Shown piece by piece: positions 1-10,239 of a stretch of 64,000 bases of DNA. Numbering within the stretch: position 1 is the first letter of the stretch; each line of letters begins with the position of its first letter. This DNA comes from a virus (taxonomy: Duplodnaviria > Heunggongvirae > Uroviricota > Caudoviricetes): IMG/VR virus record IMGVR_UViG_3300042401_002002; one strand, 5' to 3'. A program made the position numbers and the translations under genes. Below the pieces are notes generated by a model that saw nothing but the letters and a program-made list of their open reading frames with translations, searched no databases and was not told the origin of the DNA.

Positions 1-75
1 GTAAATAGTATGCACCACATAAACTTGAAAAATTTACTTACCCAATTTAATCAACCGATGATTTGAATAAACAAA

Positions 76-107
76 AAACCTCACCTAATTTCTTAAGAGA
101 GGTTTTT
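76..107. terminator. Hairpin (aacctc..gaggtt) followed by T-run on the minus strand; terminator for gene 112..1206
   Basis: Inverted repeat plus T-run, read directly. Confidence 0.5.
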
Positions 108-111
108 CTTT

Positions 112-1206
112 TTATATTTTAAGGTTAACTGTAAATTGAACCGAGTTAAACCTATTCTTTGGTACCGGTTCAGATAATTTAGCAATAGCTATTAATTCTT
201 TATTTGCGTTATACAAACCTATTTCTGTTATATAAACAGGGTCATCATTTTCATTACCTGTTGGGTATACATCTAAGAAAGTTGGATTTGTACTTTCGTA
301 AAATTCACCTGGTCCACCAATACAACTAATACTTTGAACAAACTCTGTTGAGTAACTTGTAAATGCAGCTGAACTAAAAGTTGTACCAGTAAAATAAATT
401 TGTGTAAAATTAGTACCACCCGTATAAGTAGAACCACTAGTTATACCATCAAAACCAGATGAGAAACCTGCTTCATAATCAAAATTATTAACCAAAGTTT
501 GATTAGTAATAACAAAGAAACCTTTATCTAAATAAGCAACTCCAACAACTTCATCTTTAGAAGAACCATCATACTGAGCAAATTGTTTTGCTGTTGTTGA
601 TGTGATAGGATTTTTCACGTCATATTTATTTGCAGAAGACCATGCTGACCAAGTTGTTCCGGTATTCACTTTTGGTGTACTAATGCTATTACTAAACAAG
701 AACGCAATATTTGATTGATAATTATTATCACTATTTGCAGGTACACCAAAATATTCAGCTTGAGGAGTTGAATCTGAATATTGTTTATTCATATTTCCTT
801 GTGTTGTATTTTGTGAACTATCATTAAAATACGTACCATAACAAGTAACCTGATATTGAGTTGAACCAGTCTTTTGTGGTATGTTAAAAGTTATAGTTTT
901 ACCATCAATAACTTCACCATAAGTATTTTTAGGTATCTCTACAACAATAACATTATCCTGATTAATATTTTGTAAAGCTGTGTTATAAAAAGTACCACCA
1001 CTTAAAAATTCATTTTTTTGTTCTTGTGTTACAGGTAAGTTAAATGAAGTAAATAAATTACCATAAGGTCTAACAGTTAAATCAGTTCTACTAGCTTTAG
1101 TAAAAAACAAATTTGGTCCAGATAAACTTGTAGTAGTTTTAACTAATTGTGTCTGAAAAGCATTAGGGTTTGCCTCAACAGATTTTAATTTATCATCTAT
1201 GAACAT
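112..1206 (-). CDS. S/T/N/G-rich virion protein, probably fibre or capsid-decoration
   Basis: 364-aa ORF in a structural context with low-complexity T/S/N/G composition. Confidence 0.5.
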   Translation of the reverse strand: MFIDDKLKSVEANPNAFQTQLVKTTTSLSGPNLFFTKASRTDLTVRPYGNLFTSFNLPVTQEQKNEFLSGGTFYNTALQNINQDNVIVVEIPKNTYGEVIDGKTITFNIPQKTGSTQYQVTCYGTYFNDSSQNTTQGNMNKQYSDSTPQAEYFGVPANSDNNYQSNIAFLFSNSISTPKVNTGTTWSAWSSANKYDVKNPITSTTAKQFAQYDGSSKDEVVGVAYLDKGFFVITNQTLVNNFDYEAGFSSGFDGITSGSTYTGGTNFTQIYFTGTTFSSAAFTSYSTEFVQSISCIGGPGEFYESTNPTFLDVYPTGNENDDPVYITEIGLYNANKELIAIAKLSEPVPKNRFNSVQFTVNLKI

Positions 1207-1209
1207 AAA

Positions 1210-1479
1210 TTATTTAATTTTATAGAAAACAGCTTTTTTAACTGTTGAAGTTTGAGAAGTGATTAATGGTTCATTCAATAAACCCAAAGTTGGTAACATA
1301 TAATTTTTATTGTAATTACCTGAACTATCAATATCATCAGTAACCAACCCAGTTGTGTTTGTATTATTTGTTATATTTATACCTATCATATTAATAGGTA
1401 AACCGTAAATCATTGATTCAATATCTTTATTACTAAATGTGGAACCACTAACAACAGGTACGGTATAAGTTTTAGTCAT
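1210..1479 (-). CDS. Hypothetical structural-module protein
   Basis: ORF tightly packed between structural genes. Confidence 0.45.
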   Translation of the reverse strand: MTKTYTVPVVSGSTFSNKDIESMIYGLPINMIGINITNNTNTTGLVTDDIDSSGNYNKNYMLPTLGLLNEPLITSQTSTVKKAVFYKIK

Positions 1480-1480
1480 G

Positions 1481-2731
1481 TTAAGAAATAGTTACAAAAG
1501 TATCATTAATAGAAGGTGTATAAATCGTTGCTGAATCATATTTCAAAACAACCTTAACAACACCATCTTTAATTTTTATATCATTAGTTTCTGAAACAAA
1601 TCTTAAATTAAAAGGTTTCGATGTGTATACAGTTGAAATATTATCAAACAAATCAACTCTATTAATTATATACGATTCTAATAATTCAGATTCTCTGTAT
1701 ATTAAAGTTTTATTAGTATTCGGGTCAATAAAACCTTTACCGTATTGATTTTCCGTAAAAGTATTTGATTTAAATTTAGATAAATAATCTTCTCTAATAA
1801 TAAAATATTCATTTTGTTGTAAATTATCTTTAACATAAGAAACATTTACTGTAGGTCTAACCAACATATTTTCATCAGTTACATCTACATTTAATATTGA
1901 ATTATTAACCAGTAAATCAGATAAAGAAACAAAAGATTTTAAAGTATAAACACTATTAATGATTGACCAAACACCATAACCTATTGTTCTATTATTTACT
2001 GTAAATGAAACATTTTTTTGTTCATCAAAAATAAACTGAATTGGTGGTGTTTGATAATTTAATAAAGGTTCTGTCAAAGTAAAAGTATCTGACAATAAAA
2101 ATCTATTATATTGTTTAAATATATTATAATCAGCTAAAGACAATTCAATTGATAATAAATTTCTCATATTAGGTACACCGTATTTAGATGTATTATCATA
2201 AACAGTAATACCATCAATAACTGGAATAGTTGTTTTAAATTTACTATCATTAGTATTATATTGACTACCTAAAACAGATGAATATCCACCAAATGTTTTC
2301 AGATATGAAATATATTTAAACAAATCAATTTCAACTTTAACAAAATTTTTACCATCATTGTTTAAAACGTCATTGTTATTTAACCTTACTTCATAATTAA
2401 CATTAGTTGACAATTCAACATCTGAACTATTATCATCTAACAAGGTAATAAACGAATCAACACTATCAGGTTTTTTATAAAACACTGGGTTAGTAATATT
2501 ATCTTCAGAAATACTTTTTAAACAATCATCAACATCACCAGTTAAATCAGGAATTAAAATATTATTTGTTGTTGTATTAACATCTAAATTATAATTGATA
2601 TCACCATCACCAAATGAAAAGTATGTTATTATTTTATCAGCATCAGTACCACTAGCAAATAAACTTCTACCTTTTTGAGTATAATAAGCATTCACTAATA
2701 TTTCTGATGTTTTTTTGGAAATAAAACCCAT
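1481..2731 (-). CDS. Hypothetical virion protein (N/D/T-rich)
   Basis: 416-aa ORF abutting the upstream gene. Confidence 0.5.
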   Translation of the reverse strand: MGFISKKTSEILVNAYYTQKGRSLFASGTDADKIITYFSFGDGDINYNLDVNTTTNNILIPDLTGDVDDCLKSISEDNITNPVFYKKPDSVDSFITLLDDNSSDVELSTNVNYEVRLNNNDVLNNDGKNFVKVEIDLFKYISYLKTFGGYSSVLGSQYNTNDSKFKTTIPVIDGITVYDNTSKYGVPNMRNLLSIELSLADYNIFKQYNRFLLSDTFTLTEPLLNYQTPPIQFIFDEQKNVSFTVNNRTIGYGVWSIINSVYTLKSFVSLSDLLVNNSILNVDVTDENMLVRPTVNVSYVKDNLQQNEYFIIREDYLSKFKSNTFTENQYGKGFIDPNTNKTLIYRESELLESYIINRVDLFDNISTVYTSKPFNLRFVSETNDIKIKDGVVKVVLKYDSATIYTPSINDTFVTIS

Positions 2732-2790
2732 AAAAGTTTGGTTGTTTAATTTAAATAGTCTAGTTTTGTGTTGTTAAAATTGTATTTAAA

Positions 2791-3036
2791 ATGAAAAAAA
2801 GACGTGTTTGCAAAACCGTGAAATTAATATTAGGGGATAATTACCAAGTTGGTTGGTCAGTTAATAAAATGTCAACTTGCAAGTTTATTAAAGTCACAAG
2901 CAAAGGTTATAATTTTCTAGATATTGAAACTAATAAATGTATTTTAAAACATCATTTATATGCTAGTAAATATGAAAACAATAAAAATGGTAACTTATTT
3001 ATTATAAATGAATTATTAAAAATCACTAATGAATAA
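2791..3036 (+). CDS. Hypothetical small basic protein
   Basis: 81-aa ORF only. Confidence 0.3.
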   Translation: MKKRRVCKTVKLILGDNYQVGWSVNKMSTCKFIKVTSKGYNFLDIETNKCILKHHLYASKYENNKNGNLFIINELLKITNE

Positions 3037-3165
3037 CAAACAACATTGGAAAAAACTTTTCTTAATTACTTATTGGTTAAGAAATGACAAATTTAATATT
3101 ATAACATTCTTATTTGATATTTATATAATTTTTATTATATTAACTGTAGGAATTTATAGTTATTA

Positions 3166-3555
3166 TTAACTAATCACCGCACCACCTGTTTGTATAGTTG
3201 TTACAACTCCATTAGTTACAACAGGGATACCTATAGCATCAGTACCTGTAGCTGTTACATTACCAAACGGTTCGATAGCTACTTGTATTTTTGCGTTTTC
3301 TCTAATATCATTATATATTTCTTGTATTAACAAATAAATTAAAATAGCGTTTGGATTTGGCGAACCATCAGGTAAATTACCAACAGGTATGTCCAACTTT
3401 TTCATGTGTTCTACCATTTTATTATATACCCTGGTTTCAGAAATACCTGTACGTGAACTAGCAGCCAAAACCAAAGGTGTTGGTATTGATTGTGATTTCA
3501 CACTTTTAAAACCTAATAGGTTTTTAAGATTACTTAACATTTGAGTTATTTCCAT
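3166..3555 (-). CDS. Hypothetical protein
   Basis: 129-aa ORF. Confidence 0.45.
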   Translation of the reverse strand: MEITQMLSNLKNLLGFKSVKSQSIPTPLVLAASSRTGISETRVYNKMVEHMKKLDIPVGNLPDGSPNPNAILIYLLIQEIYNDIRENAKIQVAIEPFGNVTATGTDAIGIPVVTNGVVTTIQTGGAVIS

Positions 3556-3560
3556 AATGT

Positions 3561-3728
3561 TTACAAGTTAATTTGTATTTTTGCTTTAGTTCTTAAAACT
3601 TCGTAAATTTCTTTGCAAAGTAAATACAAATGAATTGACTCATCATCAGATGGGGTTATACCTAATTTTTTCATGTGCGCTATTGTTTTATTATAAACAA
3701 TAATTTCACGATTTTCTAAGTTATTCAT
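3561..3728 (-). CDS. Small paralog (55 aa) of the central part of 3166..3555
   Basis: Translation IVYNKTIAHMKKLGI...AKIQ matches RVYNKMVEHMKKLDI...AKIQ of the neighbour; absent from the ORF track because it is under 60 aa. Confidence 0.3.
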   Translation of the reverse strand: MNNLENREIIVYNKTIAHMKKLGITPSDDESIHLYLLCKEIYEVLRTKAKIQINL

Positions 3729-3759
3729 TACTGAATCTATTTATTTTAAATAGGATATC

Positions 3760-4050
3760 ATGAGTTATTTTAGTATTTACGATTATTACAAACCTACCGA
3801 ATCAATTCCATTTTTTACGATTGATACCAGGTCAAGTGATAAATTTATTACATATAGAGAAGGTTCACACACTATGGACATGTTATCATTTAAATATTAC
3901 AGGTCCAACTTATATGGCTGGTTAATATTACAAGGTAACGGTTTTATTGATGAAAATGATATTCCGGATGGAACTGTTTTAAGAATACCTTTTCCTTTAG
4001 AAGAAGTTAGATTTGAATTACAAACAAAAATACAAGCTGACCAAAAATAA
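3760..4050 (+). CDS. Hypothetical protein
   Basis: 96-aa ORF immediately upstream of the large virion gene. Confidence 0.45.
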   Translation: MSYFSIYDYYKPTESIPFFTIDTRSSDKFITYREGSHTMDMLSFKYYRSNLYGWLILQGNGFIDENDIPDGTVLRIPFPLEEVRFELQTKIQADQK

Positions 4051-4055
4051 TTTTT

Positions 4056-7000
4056 ATGCCAATTAATAATATTACAGACCCAAACGACACACTTATAATA
4101 GGTTCTAATTTAACTGAACAAAACTTGGTACCTGAATTACAAAATCAAGTACCTTATGTTGAGTTAGTTGTTTATAGAAATAAAGTTGCAGATTATTATG
4201 TTGCAGAGAATGGTGAAATAAAAGAATATATCACACAACAATCTGTTCCAATACCTTTAATGGGTTATGACCCATCAACAAATGTTTATGAAAATAATTT
4301 TGAAAGTGATAGTGATGTATTTCAAAATTTTGGTATTCTTTCAATTGATATAAATATCAAAAGTAAATTCATCCCAACTGTAAATATTAAATTCATTGAT
4401 GTTAAAGGACAATCAACATTTAATACAGACACTAAAACAAGTAATGCTGGTTATCGTAGTTTATTCGATTTACCACCAGCTACCTATGTCTTAAAAGTAA
4501 AGGGTGTTTTTGGTAATATTGTTAGATATGATTTACACTTACTTAAAACTAATAGTACTTTTAATTCTTCAAACGGTAATTTTGAAATAGCTTGTGAATT
4601 TGTTGGAAAATCATTTATCCCTTTAACTGATATAAAATTAGGCTGGATTAAAGCGGTTAGTAGAATGAATACACCTGATATTGATTCTACTAACACCAAT
4701 AATGGTTCTAATGTAAATAATTTTCAAGATTTGATTTGGCAAACTAAACAAATGTATAGTGATGTACGTAAATTAGTTAATGGTAGTAAAGAAACTGAAA
4801 AGTTAAATCAAAATAATATTAATAAAGATTTATGTGTTTCATATTTGGTTGATTTAAGAAAACGTTATGGAACTGTACTTAACAAAAGAAATAACAACTC
4901 AAGTACAACACTAAACGAAACAAAAACCATAACATTATATAATCTTTATACGCACGGTTCATCATTTAACCCAGGTGAAGAAATATTTATTGTATCAGGT
5001 AAGACTTATGAAGAGTTTTATGGTACTACTTACACTACAACAAGTACTGATATAACAAAAACAGTAGAAACTTTATACACTGAATTTAATACATATAAGA
5101 CTGAGATAATTAGATTTAACAAAACAAAATATAAAGATTTAAATATTGACATAGTTGATACTGATTTAGAAGTATTTTATACTAAACCTGTAAGTTTATT
5201 TGACAATAATAACAATGGGTTATCAACTGACATAACTGTTTACTATAACTATACACCGTTATATAAAAAAATTCAAGAAGCTTCAACTAAAGCACAAAAT
5301 GAATTAACTAAAACTGCTACTGATTTAGATAGTAAAATAAGTGAAATAGTAAATGATACAGTTGGTTTTGATTTAAAAATTAAAAAAGTTTTTGATATTT
5401 TAATGGGTGATGCTTCTAAGTTTTTAAGGTTATTAAAAGAATCTGGTGATATATCTGAAGATAGACGAAATTTAGTCAATTCAGGTGCTTCTACGATAAG
5501 GAATGATGTACCCTTAGTTGCATACCCTAGAGTTATTAATAATAACGGAGAGACGATATATCCGGGTGAAATGGAACAGTTTAAAAACTGGAAGGAAGTC
5601 AAGTTTGTTGAATCATTTCTTGATGCTTATTTAGCTACATTAAGAATCGACAAAGAGTTTCAAGATTCATTAGCAAATAGCGATGATTCACCTAGAGAAT
5701 ATATTCCAATAGGTACTTTAGATTTTAATTCATTAAAATACAGAAGTAGTTCTAGTATGGATGATATTTTTACTAATTTATTTAAAAGATATTATATTTT
5801 AAGTCAGTATAGTTATAAAGGTAGATGGGAAAATAATGATATAGGGTTTTTTGAACGCCAAACGTTTTTTAATGCATTATATAAACAATTAGGTGAAAAT
5901 GAATCTGAAAACGTATGTAGAAATATGTTTGATTTAACGTTATTAAAACAATTTAAAACTAATTTAACTGCAATAAAAAATGAAACACAAAAAAATGGTT
6001 TACAATATTTCTTAAACAATAGAAATAATTTTAGGAATACTGTTAGTACACTAAAAGAAGGGTTAAAACCTAACACAGGTACTAGTATAGATGGTGAATT
6101 TATAACTATAAATAAAAAAGAAATTAAGGGTGAAAATTTATTTATAATACCTAAGCCTAAAATTTTCGATGCAACTACACTAGATAGACAAAAAGAAGAA
6201 CCAACGGCAAGTTTACTTGATTCTATAACAGGTTTCTTTAGTTCATTTAATAGTTTTTTTAATAATATAACTAACTTATTTAAAACTGATTTAGAACTAA
6301 TAGGTATTGAAAAAATAACTGAAAATAATGTAACATTAATTATCGACAAAAGCATGTCTGAAAACACTGACGGTTATTACAGTGATTTTTATGTTAGTAC
6401 TGATAAAAACGTGTTATATAAACTTTGTGAAGAATATCTCACAGATAAAGCTAATTTTTTAACTGATAATAATAGTAGGTTTACTTATTTTGGTCAAAAT
6501 ACACCAAGGAATTATGAAAACTTAACAAATAAATTAAAACAAAAGTTTTCTTTACCTTCCATTGTTGAAATACCTAAAATTACGGTTATTAATATCGGTA
6601 GATTAATGTTTATTTACAGTGCATTACCTGAGTTAAATACTTCTGATAGAGAAATATTTATAGATGCATACAAAGAATACTTGCATAATGACACTGAAAA
6701 TATAATTAAAAAAGAAATTAGTATCATAAACGATTTCTTAAGTGTATCTAATGCAACTGAATATCTCGTAGATAAATTACCAAAAAATTCAGTTATTTAT
6801 AGTTTACTAGAACCTATGTATATACAAAACAATAGTTCTTATACATTTCTATTACCTGAAGAGACCAATGATGATATAACAAAAGGTGAATTCTTCCCAT
6901 TAATTTCAGGTAACACTGAAAATTATAACACAAAAGACACACCAAATATTAATTTTACTGAGGTTTTAAATCAAATACAACCAAAAATTAAACTATTTCT

Positions 7001-8183
7001 TGATGCTTTTATTGATAACTCATTAAAAATATTAAATGAAAAAATAAAATCTATTGAAACAACTGAAAAAGATTTATCATCTAAAATAAAAGATAATGAT
7101 GTTAAACGTCAAATTTATTATTCATTTAAAAACATATATGATAAATGGTTATCTGATGATGTTAAAATACCTGATGTAAATAATAGTAATAATGGATACC
7201 TAGAAACTATATTTTTGGATTATGAAAACCAATTTCAATTTGTTGACCGTACTCTAAAAGATATTGGACCAGAAATGGTGATTGATATTGAACCATTAAT
7301 TGAAGCTGTTGAAAGTGGACCAGATACATCTTTATACACAGGTATTAGTTTACTGTTATCTAAAAATAACTTTGAGTTCTTTCCATTACCTAACCTAATT
7401 AATTATGATGATAAAAATTTATGGTCTGATGTATTCAAAATAAATACATTTTTACAAACAACAAACAGAACTCAGTTTACCTGCATGTATATTGGTGGTT
7501 ATAGTACATCTAAAGATGACTATGTGTCATTTACTGATAACAGACCTACAGATTTCACAAAAAACGATATAGGTGTTGTTAATTCATTTAATGTATATTT
7601 TGGAAAACAAAATCAAATGATTTTTCAAGATATTAAATTAACAACAACTGATATTAAAGAAACTGGTGAAAGTTTAGCTTTAGTTGATAGAATATTTCAA
7701 AATAACGGAACAAATGTACCTGTTATTAAAACACAAAGTTTATTTGAAGTTTATGAAAAACGTGCATATGCTTGTGAAATGACAATACCTTTAGGTAATA
7801 CATGTATTCAACCAACTTGTTATTTTGAATTAAAAAATGTACAAATGTTTAATGGGTGTTATATTATACTAGAAGTTAACCATAATATTGAAAGTGGTTC
7901 AAATACAGTTAAAACAACTATTAAAGGTACTAGAATAGGCAAGTTTCCACCACCAATAATAACTAAAATGATTGTGTTAATTAATGGACTAGAAGGTAAT
8001 GTTGCTAAAATTATCGCAGACAATAGTGCAAATAGAAATACAACAAATGATAAATATGTAAACCCTGATTTTAATCCTAATACAATGACAAGACAATGGT
8101 CAAGAAAACAAGGTAAACAAACACCTAGTATTATTAGATACAACAGTAAAACAAGTGGTTTTGAATTTAAACCTGACATGTAA
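4056..8183 (+). CDS. Large virion structural protein (1375 aa); function unassigned
   Basis: Long uninterrupted ORF in the structural module. No transglycosylase or coiled-coil signature was seen, so tape-measure is not asserted. Confidence 0.6.
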   Translation: MPINNITDPNDTLIIGSNLTEQNLVPELQNQVPYVELVVYRNKVADYYVAENGEIKEYITQQSVPIPLMGYDPSTNVYENNFESDSDVFQNFGILSIDINIKSKFIPTVNIKFIDVKGQSTFNTDTKTSNAGYRSLFDLPPATYVLKVKGVFGNIVRYDLHLLKTNSTFNSSNGNFEIACEFVGKSFIPLTDIKLGWIKAVSRMNTPDIDSTNTNNGSNVNNFQDLIWQTKQMYSDVRKLVNGSKETEKLNQNNINKDLCVSYLVDLRKRYGTVLNKRNNNSSTTLNETKTITLYNLYTHGSSFNPGEEIFIVSGKTYEEFYGTTYTTTSTDITKTVETLYTEFNTYKTEIIRFNKTKYKDLNIDIVDTDLEVFYTKPVSLFDNNNNGLSTDITVYYNYTPLYKKIQEASTKAQNELTKTATDLDSKISEIVNDTVGFDLKIKKVFDILMGDASKFLRLLKESGDISEDRRNLVNSGASTIRNDVPLVAYPRVINNNGETIYPGEMEQFKNWKEVKFVESFLDAYLATLRIDKEFQDSLANSDDSPREYIPIGTLDFNSLKYRSSSSMDDIFTNLFKRYYILSQYSYKGRWENNDIGFFERQTFFNALYKQLGENESENVCRNMFDLTLLKQFKTNLTAIKNETQKNGLQYFLNNRNNFRNTVSTLKEGLKPNTGTSIDGEFITINKKEIKGENLFIIPKPKIFDATTLDRQKEEPTASLLDSITGFFSSFNSFFNNITNLFKTDLELIGIEKITENNVTLIIDKSMSENTDGYYSDFYVSTDKNVLYKLCEEYLTDKANFLTDNNSRFTYFGQNTPRNYENLTNKLKQKFSLPSIVEIPKITVINIGRLMFIYSALPELNTSDREIFIDAYKEYLHNDTENIIKKEISIINDFLSVSNATEYLVDKLPKNSVIYSLLEPMYIQNNSSYTFLLPEETNDDITKGEFFPLISGNTENYNTKDTPNINFTEVLNQIQPKIKLFLDAFIDNSLKILNEKIKSIETTEKDLSSKIKDNDVKRQIYYSFKNIYDKWLSDDVKIPDVNNSNNGYLETIFLDYENQFQFVDRTLKDIGPEMVIDIEPLIEAVESGPDTSLYTGISLLLSKNNFEFFPLPNLINYDDKNLWSDVFKINTFLQTTNRTQFTCMYIGGYSTSKDDYVSFTDNRPTDFTKNDIGVVNSFNVYFGKQNQMIFQDIKLTTTDIKETGESLALVDRIFQNNGTNVPVIKTQSLFEVYEKRAYACEMTIPLGNTCIQPTCYFELKNVQMFNGCYIILEVNHNIESGSNTVKTTIKGTRIGKFPPPIITKMIVLINGLEGNVAKIIADNSANRNTTNDKYVNPDFNPNTMTRQWSRKQGKQTPSIIRYNSKTSGFEFKPDM

Positions 8184-8191
8184 AAAAATAA

Positions 8192-8240
8192 AACCTACAA
8201 ATTAATTGGATAAATAAAAATTAATTTGTAGGTTTGTTGA
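8192..8240 (+). terminator. Rho-independent terminator after 4056..8183
   Basis: 16-bp stem aacctacaaattaatt/aattaatttgtaggtt followed by ttgttg. Confidence 0.6.
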
Positions 8241-8257
8241 AACTAAACAACTTAACT

Positions 8258-8644
8258 ATGAGTACAAAATTAAATTATGAAATTGTTTTTGACGATTTCG
8301 TCATTACTAATGATATTATAATATCAGCAAATAAACCTAAATACGGACATCATTATGTTAATAATTGGTTACCTATAACAATTCAATTAAATGACCTAAT
8401 TAGTAAATCCCCATCACAAACAATATATCACGGATTGGTACGTGAATTACAAAAAGGTAGTAATAAAAATAAAACCTTTAAAATTAGAACACTATCTTCA
8501 AATAAAGAAGAATATCAACAATGGGATATTGTAATAGATAAAATACTTTATATTGATTTTGGACAATTAAATGAATATTCTGAAAATAGTAACGGAATAT
8601 GTACAATTGTAATACAACCTAAAGACTGTATATTAAATTATTAA
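8258..8644 (+). CDS. Hypothetical protein; moron-like gene bracketed by duplicated terminators
   Basis: ORF (track start 8234 uses TTG; first ATG is 8258) flanked by two copies of aaataaaacctacaa...ttgtaggtttgttgaaa. Confidence 0.45.
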   Translation: MSTKLNYEIVFDDFVITNDIIISANKPKYGHHYVNNWLPITIQLNDLISKSPSQTIYHGLVRELQKGSNKNKTFKIRTLSSNKEEYQQWDIVIDKILYIDFGQLNEYSENSNGICTIVIQPKDCILNY

Positions 8645-8651
8645 CAAATAA

Positions 8652-8698
8652 AACCTACAATTTGTTTCATTTTATCGGAATAATTTGTAGGTTTGTTG
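8652..8698 (+). terminator. Second copy of the aacctacaa/ttgtaggtt terminator
   Basis: Near-identical stem and flanks to 8192..8240. Confidence 0.55.
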
Positions 8699-8711
8699 AA
8701 ATGTTAGCAAG

Positions 8712-9147
8712 ATGAAATTAAACGTAACAATTTACTTAGCACATATTTTTACTTTTGGAAAAGATGCAAAACAAGTTTGGTTAAATGAAACAACTGTAAC
8801 CAAATCAGTTAATATTGACTTTATTTCAAAAAGAAAGACTAAAAACAGATTACTTATTTTACATAGATTATGAAATTAAAAATCAACGGTAAACCTAAAA
8901 TAATGTTTAATGAAACATTTGTAAAACAAATATTATGTCATGAAATATTATTTAATTTAGAATCATATCACTTAAACACTTTAATTATAACTGAAAGATG
9001 AAAATAAAATTTATTAAAAGAAGTGATTACAAATATAGTGCAACTTATATACATGATTGGTTGAATATTGGAATACTAAACCCGACATTACATTCAGCTT
9101 TAGGTCAAAAACTGTATAAAAATACAATATATATTTACGGAAGATGA
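8712..9147 (+). other. Locus A of the mini-gene family: three overlapping mini-ORFs (8712..8873, 8870..9001, 8998..9147)
   Basis: Each starts MKL/MKI and successive ORFs overlap by ATGA; the third overlaps the start of 9144..9482 by ATGA. Confidence 0.5.
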
Positions 9148-9482
9148 AAACACTAAGATTTTACAAAACAACAATAGGTGAATGGTTTATTGATTTACCT
9201 GAATATCAAGGTTTTCAATCAGATTTGCAGATGGTTGAAGGTGCTGAGACTTTGTTAGATATTATTTCTGATAATAGTAATGAATGTGAAATAACTATAT
9301 CCGAAGACCCTTTCTACAAATGCAATGTTCTAGAATTAATAGGACCTAACACTGAATACAATAACGGTGCTTATTATTTTATTGAAGAATATAACGGTAA
9401 ACAAATTAACCTAAAAATATGGTTGTGTGATGTAACTTTAGAGGTTATTGGCACGTTTCCAGAAGAAATATATTTTTATTAG
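9144..9482 (+). CDS. Hypothetical protein
   Basis: 112-aa ORF. Confidence 0.5.
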   Translation: MKTLRFYKTTIGEWFIDLPEYQGFQSDLQMVEGAETLLDIISDNSNECEITISEDPFYKCNVLELIGPNTEYNNGAYYFIEEYNGKQINLKIWLCDVTLEVIGTFPEEIYFY

Positions 9483-9485
9483 AAT

Positions 9486-9917
9486 ATGTCAATATACAAC
9501 CAACAAACAAAAACATGGTTAATTGATACATTAACCAACGGAACATTTGAATTAAAATATTTAGATTTGGTTGCCTTTCCGGAACTAAATGAAACATTAA
9601 TTTCAACAGACCCAACACCTGAAGCTTTAGCTAATTTACAATATATTATTGATAATATATACGAACCATGTTGTCAACAATATACGTCTATAATTAAAGT
9701 TTTACCTTCTTATAGAAATTACGAAGTTAGTCAATATTTACAGACTGACGTGAATTCAGGGTATTTTACAGGAAATATACTAGTTCTTGATATTGAATCA
9801 ACCTTAAGAGGTATTAGTAATCATGATTTGTTTGATTATATAAAAAATAATATATATACCGATACATTAGTTTATAATAATGATAGTATAGTAGTTGGTT
9901 TGTATAAAAAAGAATAA
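9486..9917 (+). CDS. Hypothetical protein
   Basis: 143-aa ORF. Confidence 0.5.
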   Translation: MSIYNQQTKTWLIDTLTNGTFELKYLDLVAFPELNETLISTDPTPEALANLQYIIDNIYEPCCQQYTSIIKVLPSYRNYEVSQYLQTDVNSGYFTGNILVLDIESTLRGISNHDLFDYIKNNIYTDTLVYNNDSIVVGLYKKE

Positions 9918-9926
9918 AAACAAAAA

Positions 9927-9960
9927 ACCTCTCCTAAAATTAATTAAGAGAGGTTTTCTA
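9927..9960. terminator. Bidirectional terminator between convergent genes
   Basis: Stem aacctctc/gagaggtt with T-runs on both sides. Confidence 0.6.
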
Positions 9961-10239
9961 TTTTCTGGATTCAGACATCTTTTTTTGTTGTTCAAATTCT
10001 TTAACTAATCTATCGAAATGTTTTTTTCTTTCATAAACAGTCATTATGTTTTTAACATCACTAAAAGAATAACCACCATGTTTAACTAATATACCTATTT
10101 CATCATTTATGTAGTTCTCATAATCAACCCATAATTTTAATGATTCTTCTGAACTATCGTTAAACTGGATAAAAAAAGTCTGGACCGATTGAAACCCTAG
10201 CTTGAAATGTTTGTCCTGTATCTGGACACGTAAATTCAT
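9958..10239 (-). CDS. Hypothetical protein; possibly a frameshift extension of 10160..10921
   Basis: 93-aa ORF overlapping the 3' end of the upstream gene by 80 nt in the +1 frame across a T7 tract. Confidence 0.4.
   Translation of the reverse strand: MNLRVQIQDKHFKLGFQSVQTFFIQFNDSSEESLKLWVDYENYINDEIGILVKHGGYSFSDVKNIMTVYERKKHFDRLVKEFEQQKKMSESRK

Noticed and set aside
4484-8179. Antisense ORFs 4484..4699, 5273..5602, 5813..6367 and 7859..8179 inside the 1375-aa gene
   Set aside because: They are fully embedded antisense in a long gene with hydrophobic low-complexity translations. These are typical AT-rich frame artefacts.
4056-8183. Calling the 1375-aa ORF a tail tape-measure protein
   Set aside because: Size alone is suggestive, but no long coiled-coil or heptad stretches, transglycosylase or peptidase motifs were seen. 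It is left as a large virion protein.
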